Below are positions 1 through 7,941 of a stretch of DNA of 64,000 nucleotides, piece after piece; within the stretch, counting starts at the first letter, position 1, and every line of letters begins with the position of its first letter. The notes beneath the pieces are model-generated. The model was not told the DNA's origin. It worked only from the letters and a program-made list of their open reading frames with translations, and did not search any database. Origin of the DNA: an uncultured virus (IMG/VR IMGVR_UViG_2645727837_000002) (Duplodnaviria > Heunggongvirae > Uroviricota > Caudoviricetes). The position numbers were made by a program, and so were the translations under genes. The stretch spans positions 1-64,000 of IMG/VR virus record IMGVR_UViG_2645727837_000002. One strand, 5' to 3'.

Positions 1-1275
1 ATGCCCCGCATCTTTCATGCGCTCGACGACGTCCAGATTCGTCATTGGGTGACCAAAGGGGAACCGGTCGCCAAGGCTGACGGCGACGGCCTGACTTTCA
101 CCCTATCTGCTGCCGGCACCGCGACCTGGGTGCTTCGCTACAGCCGTGGTAAGCGCCGCCGTGAGCTGACACTGGGCAACTACCCCGACCTTTCCCTCGC
201 AGCCGCTCGTAAGGCCGCTCGCGCGTACCGAGTGGCCATCGACAACGGCGAAGACCCTGCCGCCGACAAGAAGGTGGAGAAGACACGTACTGCCGCCGCG
301 GTCACGGTCAGCCAGCTGTGCGACGACTACGAGGAAAAATCCCTCACCGATCTGGCCGCGGGGACGGCCTACTACCGCAAGTGGGATCTGACGAACATCG
401 TGAGACCGAACCTTGGCTCGCTCGAAGTGCGCAAGGTCACGCCATCTGACATCGTTCACGTGATCGAGACCAGCAAGCGGTCATGGGTCGTCTCGAAGCG
501 GATGCTGACGACGATGACGCAGGTGTTCGACCATGCGGTCGGCAAGCGAATCATTGAATTCAACCCCGCCGCTGGCATCAAGCTGAAGTCGCTACTGGGC
601 AAGCGCCCGCCGACAAAGAAACGCCTGATGCTCAGCGAGGCCGAGCTGCGCATCCTGCTGCCGAATATCGACGAAAAGATCGGGCGCGAGAATGGATTGA
701 TGTTGCGCATCCTACTGGCCACCTGCGTCCGCACAAACGAGCTGGTCAAGGCGCGTAAGCAGCATATCAACCTGAAGCGCGGCACATGGTGGGTCGAGCC
801 TGAGACCGTCAAGACCCGCTCGGGGTTCTTGGTCCCGCTGGTCCCAACCGTGGTGAAGTGGATGGAGGAGCTGATCGCCCTCTCGGGCGATTCGGAGTGG
901 GTGCTGCCGACACGCAGCGGGAAGCGCCGCAACCGTTTAGGTGAAACTCATATCGGCAACACGACGTTGTGGGCCGCGATCACGAGGGCCTTCACCGCCA
1001 GCAAGCTGGAGATGCGCCGCTTCACGCCGCATGACACCCGCAGTACCGCAAAAGGCCACATGCGGAACATGGGCGTCTCGCGGGAAATCAGCGAGATCGC
1101 CCTGAACCACAAGGTGAAAGGTGTAGAGGGGATTTACGACGTGCGGGAGGAGATCCCGGAGAGACGGGCGGCAATGGAGCTGTGGGCAGCATTCGTGAGT
1201 GACTGCTGCGAGGGGAAAAATCCGCCTGCCGACGTTCAGCCGACGAATGTGTTGCTCTTCCGACGAGCGAGTTGA
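1..1275 (+). CDS. int: Tyrosine integrase, P4-like with N-terminal arm-binding domain
   Basis: N-terminal DGDGL..WVLRYS..RRELTLGNYPDLSLAAAR; catalytic motifs TCVRTNE, HDTRST, LNH..IY. Confidence 0.95.
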   Translation: MPRIFHALDDVQIRHWVTKGEPVAKADGDGLTFTLSAAGTATWVLRYSRGKRRRELTLGNYPDLSLAAARKAARAYRVAIDNGEDPAADKKVEKTRTAAAVTVSQLCDDYEEKSLTDLAAGTAYYRKWDLTNIVRPNLGSLEVRKVTPSDIVHVIETSKRSWVVSKRMLTTMTQVFDHAVGKRIIEFNPAAGIKLKSLLGKRPPTKKRLMLSEAELRILLPNIDEKIGRENGLMLRILLATCVRTNELVKARKQHINLKRGTWWVEPETVKTRSGFLVPLVPTVVKWMEELIALSGDSEWVLPTRSGKRRNRLGETHIGNTTLWAAITRAFTASKLEMRRFTPHDTRSTAKGHMRNMGVSREISEIALNHKVKGVEGIYDVREEIPERRAAMELWAAFVSDCCEGKNPPADVQPTNVLLFRRAS

Positions 1276-1323
1276 AACTGGGGTCCGATGCTTGATCCCG
1301 CCCCGCCCCAGTCCCGGCTGCGC

Positions 1324-2040
1324 TCAAATCTCGCCAAGAAGCGGCAACAGATCCAATGAAATAAGCCGCGCCTCGATGTTGTGCGCCGCAACCAAATGCT
1401 CTTCGTTGTCGACGGAGAACACCTCGTCCTTGATGCTGACAACAATCGTGCCGAGCCGCTTCTTGCCATCCGCGGAGGCGACGGCAATGAGTTCCTGCGC
1501 CTCCGGGACTTGTTGGGCGGTAAGTTCGACAGGCAGATACAGCATCCATCCGACGCCGGGACGATCATCAAACGCCTGCTTTTGCTCATAGCCCTCAGGC
1601 GCCGCAGTAACAACAGCGGGTGAAAACTCCAGCACAATCTGCTTCACGACGGCGACGGCGTGCTCCTTGTTCTCTGCGAACGCGCCTCGTGCGCCAACCG
1701 TAACCGTGTCAGGAAAGTCTCCACCACACGCAAAGACCGTGATCGACGCGCCAACATCATCGACCGCACCGCCATCCCATATCCCAACAGTGGACCCGAT
1801 TTCACCACGATATTCACTTTCCAGCGCCTCTAGCGCCGTGTTACTCGGCTGACCGTCCACCTGATAAACCTCACTACGCCGAGCCTCTTCTAGAGAATCC
1901 CCTTTCATTCGCCAGTTTGGCCGTGCAAGCGCCGGTTCACCTGCCGCCATCACGTCAATGATTGCACCTGTCTTGGTCAGAATTTGAGCGAAGTCCGTTG
2001 CAGCGACCCCTCCACTCCTGATAATGGCTTCAAATTTCAT
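1324..2040 (-). CDS. Imm52-family immunity protein (TsiT-like)
   Basis: Directly downstream of the REase toxin; FDDRPGVGWMLYLP and C-terminal IEARLISLDLLP resemble Imm52. Confidence 0.8.
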   Translation of the reverse strand: MKFEAIIRSGGVAATDFAQILTKTGAIIDVMAAGEPALARPNWRMKGDSLEEARRSEVYQVDGQPSNTALEALESEYRGEIGSTVGIWDGGAVDDVGASITVFACGGDFPDTVTVGARGAFAENKEHAVAVVKQIVLEFSPAVVTAAPEGYEQKQAFDDRPGVGWMLYLPVELTAQQVPEAQELIAVASADGKKRLGTIVVSIKDEVFSVDNEEHLVAAHNIEARLISLDLLPLLGEI

Positions 2041-2049
2041 AGCGGTATC

Positions 2050-2661
2050 TTACGGAAGATATTCTGACTCGATTGACATCAACCTAAGCAACTTCGACAT
2101 CTTTTGATACGTCAGTGGACCCTGAAAATAATACCTTAACCGGGTCGGCGGATTCGGCTTCACTATGCGCGCACGTTTGCGCGCCTGATCCCCCATCCGA
2201 TCGAGCCCCTTAAAAAATTCGTCCGACTTCGGAATCGACCCATCAAGGAACTGATCGTAGTTCCCCTTGGCCTCTTGTAATAGGCACTCATTTGGCCTGA
2301 ACCCGTCGAACTCGATTCCTAACCACTCCCACTCGTCACTCCATCGACAATTTTCAGTATCAAAGGCGAAGCCGGTCACGCGGGCTTGATAGCGATACGC
2401 CGGCCAGTTGACGCCGTGATTGTTTCGCACGAGCACACCCGTCTGCTCCGGCGGACACTTCCTGCAAGGCTCCGTAGAGTCGGCTGTAGTCCGCGATTCC
2501 GTTTTGGTCTTCGCCTGCTCATCCATCTTGCTAACATCGCCCCGCATACTACCGATGCCCGCTACCGCCGTCCCTCCCAATAAAGCGCTTCCAATAGCTG
2601 ACAATGCCGGCCCCACTTCCGCCGCTACGGCTATCAATAGGGGGATAAACGGTGCTGCCAT
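2050..2661 (-). CDS. Tox-REase-5 nuclease T6SS effector (TseT-like)
   Basis: CxxC (CRKC), YQARVTG and FDGF..CLLQEAKGNY (PD-(D/E)xK); hydrophobic N-terminus. Confidence 0.88.
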   Translation of the reverse strand: MAAPFIPLLIAVAAEVGPALSAIGSALLGGTAVAGIGSMRGDVSKMDEQAKTKTESRTTADSTEPCRKCPPEQTGVLVRNNHGVNWPAYRYQARVTGFAFDTENCRWSDEWEWLGIEFDGFRPNECLLQEAKGNYDQFLDGSIPKSDEFFKGLDRMGDQARKRARIVKPNPPTRLRYYFQGPLTYQKMSKLLRLMSIESEYLP

Positions 2662-3019
2662 GTGGGACTCCCTTCAAGCTATCTGGATGTTGTGATCGCC
2701 AAGTGACTTCTTGGACGTAGACGTGAAAACGCTCATCGGCACTGCGACCGGGCTTCGTGAGCCAAGCCCGCGTCGCGGGTTTCGCGTAGAAGCCTGGCGA
2801 ATAAGCCTCAACCTTCAGGAACTGGACTAGGTGCTCGCTGTCCTTGATGCCGAGCGAGCGCGCGGCCTGATATGCGTCCCACAATCGGTTGGGTAGATCG
2901 ATGTCCTGTGCCAAAGCAGGATCGGCCTTGATCAGATCGCGACGCACACCGTCAACGAAGTTGCGGGCCTCGCCTGCGGCGAGCGCCGAAAGATGGGCGG
3001 GTGTGAGATTAAGCGGCAT
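2549..3019 (-). CDS. Putative effector co-chaperone (co-TecT position)
   Basis: Lies between DUF4123 and the toxin, as in the PAAR-TecT-coTecT-TseT-TsiT gene order; overlaps the toxin 5' end. Confidence 0.6.
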   Translation of the reverse strand: MPLNLTPAHLSALAAGEARNFVDGVRRDLIKADPALAQDIDLPNRLWDAYQAARSLGIKDSEHLVQFLKVEAYSPGFYAKPATRAWLTKPGRSADERFHVYVQEVTWRSQHPDSLKGVPHGSTVYPPIDSRSGGSGAGIVSYWKRFIGRDGGSGHR

Positions 3020-3506
3020 GGGGGTGCGCCCTAAATAGCTGTCCGTCGATCTCGATCAGCCAATCGAAGGTAGGGGAAAAGAACATAGTCCGCTCTGCCG
3101 AACTCAACGCCGGCGCGAAGTACCGCATCACGCGTGCGTCGTAATAGCGCAGCATCGCCGTCCGACCGTCTGGCAATGTAGCATCCAGTCGTTCGCGAAG
3201 CTCATCCGCAAGCAGGCGCGGTTGGTAGGCGCTGATGATCCAGTTCAACCCGTATTCGCCTTGAGCTAAGCGCGTCAACACGTCGCGCGTCGTGCTGTTC
3301 GTCTGCTCGTAATCAAAGAACCACGGGCCGGCATCGGCAAGCGACGCGTCTGGGGTTCCGTCAAGCAGCGCCATCGCCGATTCACCCGAGCGCACTGGTG
3401 CTGAACCGCTCGATTCTGAATACAGCAGACCATCCGCGAGCGCGAATAGGCGGAGCGGAAGACTGGCGCGCGCCTGCCACGAAGAGAAAATGACCTGAAT
3501 ACTCAC
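3009..3506 (-). CDS. DUF4123 T6SS effector chaperone (TecT-like)
   Basis: LFALADG, ADAGPW and MLRYYDARV motifs typical of DUF4123. Confidence 0.88.
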   Translation of the reverse strand: MSIQVIFSSWQARASLPLRLFALADGLLYSESSGSAPVRSGESAMALLDGTPDASLADAGPWFFDYEQTNSTTRDVLTRLAQGEYGLNWIISAYQPRLLADELRERLDATLPDGRTAMLRYYDARVMRYFAPALSSAERTMFFSPTFDWLIEIDGQLFRAHPHAA

Positions 3507-3512
3507 GGCGCG

Positions 3513-3944
3513 TCACCCGCGAACGACCATTGACGCTGCATTCTTAGCAGCAGCAAGCATGCAGGACAGACAGAAGCCCTGCGACGGCTTCGGTGTACCC
3601 GAATCAAGCACCATGCGCCCACCGTCTGCGGCGAAACCCATCCCGAGAAGCTGATGCGATTCAAAGCTCTCATACATGGTGTCTTGCGAAGCAATCATCG
3701 ATGGGCGTGGGCTGCACCCGCAAGCAACCCTGTCCCCCTCAAGAGCGGCCTGATGACCCATCATTTCACCGGGCCATCGCGGCCCCTCGGCAACGATAAC
3801 ACCAAGCTGTTTACAAGCCGGACAGGTTACTTTTGCGCCGATGTAAGTTAGTTCGCGCCCATAGCAAGTCGTAGATGGGATGCCATCGACAACAACACCG
3901 CCGGACGACGAGTAATCGCCAACCCGAAGAAAGTTTCGCTTCAA
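3513..3944 (-). CDS. PAAR-domain T6SS spike tip protein with C-terminal extension
   Basis: RVGDYSSSGGVV..VTCPACK..AALEGDRVACGC..MIASQ; C-terminal CLSC extension. Confidence 0.88.
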   Translation of the reverse strand: MKRNFLRVGDYSSSGGVVVDGIPSTTCYGRELTYIGAKVTCPACKQLGVIVAEGPRWPGEMMGHQAALEGDRVACGCSPRPSMIASQDTMYESFESHQLLGMGFAADGGRMVLDSGTPKPSQGFCLSCMLAAAKNAASMVVRG

Positions 3945-4197
3945 CTGGTAGCCCTCTCAGTTTCGAATGGTCCGACTAATACCTGAAGACAAACCGGTTG
4001 TCGATATCGTCAGAACGCGATTTTGACTAAAAATGACATTTATCGACTCAAACCCAGCAATACTTACAGGGTAGACCTCCAAACATGTGTTTTTAGAATT
4101 CGGCGGGCTTCGCTAACGGTCTGTACTGCATTCGAGTGCCGCCTGAATGCCGAGCCGTGCATTCGCTCGGCAACGGCAATCGACGGCGGTCAGGGCG

Positions 4198-4530
4198 TTA
4201 GCTCCAGCTGTAACCCTTGCAGGCTATGCGCAGGCGATCACGCAAATATCGTTTACGTTTCGCAATGACGACGAGGCGCTGTTCTCGGCGCACGATGACC
4301 ATGTAGACCACGACCGTTACCGGCGAGAGCAGGAAGACCAGGAACAGCGCCAGCCACGCGATGAGCCAGCCGAACAGCTCGAACAACGAGCGGCTGATAT
4401 CCCGCAGCTCTCGGCGGATTGCATACCAATCGGTGTACGTGAGCCAGCCCGTCAGCGCCCCGGTGACAACGGTCTTGAGCGACCACCAAAACGACGGCAT
4501 GACCGGGTACTTGTCGTCGAAGTAGCTCAC
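4198..4530 (-). CDS. Hypothetical membrane protein
   Basis: GTG start overlaps the upstream stop; long hydrophobic stretch. Confidence 0.55.
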   Translation of the reverse strand: MSYFDDKYPVMPSFWWSLKTVVTGALTGWLTYTDWYAIRRELRDISRSLFELFGWLIAWLALFLVFLLSPVTVVVYMVIVRREQRLVVIAKRKRYLRDRLRIACKGYSWS

Positions 4531-4865
4531 ATGACCTCCCTGACGTCGACGTTCTCGGGTTCGAAGTCGAAAGGTTCGAAGTCCACGACCCTGATTCCGT
4601 GCGTGCCGCTGATCGGTGGCCACCCCTCGATGTCGCCTTTATCGAAGGCAGCAACCGGGTCCATGAACTCGATGCAGGCGTCCATGAATGTCGTGCAAAA
4701 CATCATTAGTACGGCGTTCAGCACGCCGTCACGCGCCGCACGGGAAGCTGCGCCTCCCCAAAAGCTGTTGATCTCGTGTAGCTGCTCGTCGGTCATGATC
4801 GAATGATCGATCTCAACCTTCATCCGGTAGCCGTCCGCGTACGTGAGTTCGTAGATCTTCTTCAC
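4527..4865 (-). CDS. Phage protein, DUF2528-like
   Basis: VEIDHSIMTDEQLHEINSFW..IEGWPP pattern; translationally coupled operon. Confidence 0.6.
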   Translation of the reverse strand: MKKIYELTYADGYRMKVEIDHSIMTDEQLHEINSFWGGAASRAARDGVLNAVLMMFCTTFMDACIEFMDPVAAFDKGDIEGWPPISGTHGIRVVDFEPFDFEPENVDVREVM

Positions 4866-5095
4866 GTCTTGACCTCCATGTTCGTGGTCAGCGCTTCAAT
4901 CGGGCCGACTTCCACGATTCGGATGCCGTGATAGCCGCTACCCTGGATCAAGTTACGTATCCTCCCCCTCGCAGACTCGGTCCCCTGCCTGTAGACCTGC
5001 GAAAGCTGGCACTCCGGTCCCCAGCTACCGACCTTGACTTCGAGCGTGACGGTCACTCGCGCTGACGTAGTAAGACGCACGGTCGGGCGGCTCAT
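4862..5095 (-). CDS. Hypothetical phage protein
   Basis: ATGA overlap with the upstream gene (MSRPTVRL). Confidence 0.55.
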   Translation of the reverse strand: MSRPTVRLTTSARVTVTLEVKVGSWGPECQLSQVYRQGTESARGRIRNLIQGSGYHGIRIVEVGPIEALTTNMEVKT

Positions 5096-5310
5096 GCGTT
5101 CACTCCTGCCAACAGCCGCCGCTCCAGCTCCTTGTTTCGCTTCGGCAGCGCGGCCCACGCGAGGAAATACTGGCCAACCTCGCCCTGCCACACGCCGGTG
5201 ATCGCAATTCCGCCGATCGTCAGCAACAGGCACTTCGCACCACCGTGCTGCGGCTTCTCATACACCCATTCGGAGACGGGTGCGGTCACATAGTTCTTGC
5301 CGAGAGTCAT
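5092..5310 (-). CDS. Hypothetical phage protein
   Basis: Coupled ORF with an RBS. Confidence 0.6.
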   Translation of the reverse strand: MTLGKNYVTAPVSEWVYEKPQHGGAKCLLLTIGGIAITGVWQGEVGQYFLAWAALPKRNKELERRLLAGVNA

Positions 5311-5535
5311 TCAATCCTCCTGCGGAAATGCGGTGCGCTGCGCGTTGTGGCTCACTTCGAGCATGCCGCCGCAGACGTTGTCCGTGAACATCTCGCCCTT
5401 GAAGTCGCCGGCTTCGAGTTCGAGCAATCGGCCGCAGTGTGGGCATTTCACGTAGATGTCGTTGCTGTTGCTCCCGCGGTGATACGTTTTCACCGCGAGG
5501 ATTTCGTCGATAGCCGTCAGCGCGTCATTGCTCAT
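5311..5535 (-). CDS. Small Zn-ribbon-like protein
   Basis: CPHC..CGG motif; coupled ORF. Confidence 0.55.
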   Translation of the reverse strand: MSNDALTAIDEILAVKTYHRGSNSNDIYVKCPHCGRLLELEAGDFKGEMFTDNVCGGMLEVSHNAQRTAFPQED

Positions 5536-5779
5536 GCTCTTTTCCATTGAAGTGCTCGAAGCGCACGGCACGCAGATGGGTATCCAACCGGTCGAGCGAC
5601 TGGTTGACGTCTTCCATCTCGCGCCTCACGTCGTCCATGTTTGTGCTTTCCGGTCGATCCGGGTGGTAGCTGAACCATCCGAAGCGTCGGGCCTTCATAA
5701 GCGCCAGAATCAACTCCCCCATCTCTTCGATCGCGCGATCGATGGGGTCACCAATGTGGGCGAATTCGGGATGGCTCAT
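5525..5779 (-). CDS. Small MazG-like (all-alpha NTP pyrophosphatase) protein
   Basis: EEMGEL..EMEDV, an ExxE..ExxD pattern. Confidence 0.55.
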   Translation of the reverse strand: MSHPEFAHIGDPIDRAIEEMGELILALMKARRFGWFSYHPDRPESTNMDDVRREMEDVNQSLDRLDTHLRAVRFEHFNGKEHEQ

Positions 5780-6045
5780 CCTCGGCCCTCCTCAGCCCGC
5801 ATCTCCTGCCAGCGGCTCAACGTGTCGATCGACTCCTGGATGTCCTTGGCGATGTCCTTCTGGCCACGACCACCAGCGACCAGCAGCTTCTTGACTGCAT
5901 GCTGGATACACGGATCGGTCACCTTGAACAGTTCAAGCACGCGGTAGACGTCGATGCTCGGGTACGGGCAAGCCTTGTGGTAGTGGGAGTGCTTGCGCTG
6001 CACGTGCGGGGCTTGTGCAGCTTGCGCAGGAGAATCGATCATCAT
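5776..6045 (-). CDS. Conserved phage protein (DUF3310-like)
   Basis: HSHY..IDVY..HAVKKLLVAGGRGQKD..DIQE. Confidence 0.5.
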   Translation of the reverse strand: MMIDSPAQAAQAPHVQRKHSHYHKACPYPSIDVYRVLELFKVTDPCIQHAVKKLLVAGGRGQKDIAKDIQESIDTLSRWQEMRAEEGRG

Positions 6046-6959
6046 GCCTCGACCTCCCCGCGCTGCGCGACCAGAGCGCGATGCAATCGGACCTCGTCGT
6101 TGGTCCATTGCCGGCGCAGGACGGCCTGCACTTCACCATCCATCGCGCGGGCCTTCTCGACGTCCTGGCGGTGCTGAAGCCAGCCGTCGAAGTTGCCGCC
6201 CTTCTGCGTCGACGAGAAAGCCGGTGTCGCTTGGTGCTCGGTCGGAGATGCGTGGATCGGGCGCGCGCCGACCAGCTTCACGTAGCGCTCGAACTCCTTC
6301 GCGTGGCTCGCGTCGCCGTCGAACGGGTCGTAGGAGATCCGCGCGCAGCGCGCGACGGACAGCTTGATCTGTTCTTCGATCGGCAGCGCCTCGCGCTCGG
6401 ACTGGAGGACGTACGGCAGGTGCCATTCGGCGATGCGAAACCGGCGCGGCACGCTGACCTCGATCGCGGTCATGATCTCGACGGCCAGGATCTGCATCGT
6501 CGGGTCGGCGTCAGGATGGCAGCGCAGCTCGTCGAAGTTGCCCCAGTCCGTCGAGGAGATCAGGACGTTGATGTACTGGTACGGCTCGGTGACGCGGTTG
6601 GCGATTTGCTTGTGCGCGCCGAACTTCATGAGCAGCCAGCTATGCAGCGCGGCGAAGCGCGCAGCGCTGCGCCACATGGCCTTCGCGGCCCACAGACGCC
6701 AACCTTGAAGCTCCGCTCCCGCCTGCATACCCGGCTGGTTGGTGCCCCACTCCGCGGGGCACGCCGGCCGCGACCAGACTTGGCGCAACATGCGACGGGT
6801 AGGGATAGCGCGGGAGCTGCCCGCGTTGCGGGAGAACTTGCGGTGCGTCATCAGCTCGCTATGGATGATGCGCGGATACCGCACTTCAACGGTCGTGAGG
6901 CGCACGCCGTTCGAGGCGATCGAGTCTTCGATCACCTTGGCCAGAATGATAGGTTTCAT
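6042..6959 (-). CDS. thyX: Flavin-dependent thymidylate synthase
   Basis: ELMTHRKFSRNAGSSRAIP, SVARCARISY and HASPTEHQA motifs of phage ThyX. Confidence 0.88.
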   Translation of the reverse strand: MKPIILAKVIEDSIASNGVRLTTVEVRYPRIIHSELMTHRKFSRNAGSSRAIPTRRMLRQVWSRPACPAEWGTNQPGMQAGAELQGWRLWAAKAMWRSAARFAALHSWLLMKFGAHKQIANRVTEPYQYINVLISSTDWGNFDELRCHPDADPTMQILAVEIMTAIEVSVPRRFRIAEWHLPYVLQSEREALPIEEQIKLSVARCARISYDPFDGDASHAKEFERYVKLVGARPIHASPTEHQATPAFSSTQKGGNFDGWLQHRQDVEKARAMDGEVQAVLRRQWTNDEVRLHRALVAQRGEVEA

Positions 6960-7006
6960 CTTGTTTTGAGGGCCGGTGGTGGTCGGCCCTTCCTGCGTGT
7001 GGTGGA

Positions 7007-7585
7007 TTACGAGTTGCGTGCGTCCAGCCCGCCCTTGTCGGCGCGCGCTTCAGCTGCTGCGTTCGTGTATGCGTTCGGGAAGCGCTGCTTCAGCTTCGCG
7101 ATGTTCGAGGACATGACCTCTTCGAGCGGCATGTCGAGCGCGTCGCATGCATGGGCCACGCCGCTGAGGATGTTCACGAGGCTGCGCATCGCACCAGTGC
7201 GGGCGCGCGGATCTTGATGCAGCGGCACTTCGTACGTAAAGAAGCCGATCTCGACCGAGATGCGATTCGCGACGATCTGGAGCTGTTCCGCGAGCGGTAG
7301 CGCGCTGAGGTCGAAGTCAAAGAGATGCTGGTATTCGGGGATCTCGAAGTCGAGGGCGTCGGCACCGATGGCCACGTACCAGAGGATGTCGCCCAGCTCT
7401 TCGAAGATGTGTTCGCGCATCTCCTGCGTGAGCGGCTTCTGATACGCCCAAAGCCGTTTGACTTCGGTGGTGAACTCGCCGTGTTCGGTCGTGAGACCGA
7501 GAGATGCGTGTTGCAGGCGCAGCAGAGAAGTTGCCAGAGGCTTCTCGGTGCGAAGCGCCAGGGGCTTGTATTGTTCGAAGTTCAT
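7007..7585 (-). CDS. MazG-like nucleotide pyrophosphohydrolase
   Basis: LGLTTEHGE..EELGDILWYVA..NIAKLKQRFP. Confidence 0.85.
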   Translation of the reverse strand: MNFEQYKPLALRTEKPLATSLLRLQHASLGLTTEHGEFTTEVKRLWAYQKPLTQEMREHIFEELGDILWYVAIGADALDFEIPEYQHLFDFDLSALPLAEQLQIVANRISVEIGFFTYEVPLHQDPRARTGAMRSLVNILSGVAHACDALDMPLEEVMSSNIAKLKQRFPNAYTNAAAEARADKGGLDARNS

Positions 7586-7586
7586 T

Positions 7587-7934
7587 TTAGTAAGTCTCGG
7601 GTGGTGCGGTAAACCAGAGTCGGCGCGGAACAGGACGTTCGACGGGCATCGCGTATTGGATGATCATGTCGTCATCTCGAACCTGAACCATCGTGATCAG
7701 CCCTTTGTCGTGCTTCTCACGTGCGCTTGCCAGAATCCGTTCAAACCTTTCATTCCAGCGGCGTTCCGCAGGGTACTTGCGCGCAATGATGAAGGCGTAA
7801 TTTCCAGGGTTTCCCCAGCCGAAGAGTTCCATTTTGTTCATCTCTTCGACGACACGTTCCAGGGTGGTGTCAAGGAACGTGGCGATAAGCTGGGGGGTGA
7901 AGTTTTGATCAAGTAGCGTTTTGATGGACTCCAT
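7587..7934 (-). CDS. Hypothetical phage protein
   Basis: Operonic ORF with an RBS. Confidence 0.65.
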   Translation of the reverse strand: MESIKTLLDQNFTPQLIATFLDTTLERVVEEMNKMELFGWGNPGNYAFIIARKYPAERRWNERFERILASAREKHDKGLITMVQVRDDDMIIQYAMPVERPVPRRLWFTAPPETY

Positions 7935-7941
7935 TAATTCC

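Noticed and set aside
1..1323. att site or target tRNA
   Set aside because: None visible; the integrase starts at base 1, so attL should lie left of the window.
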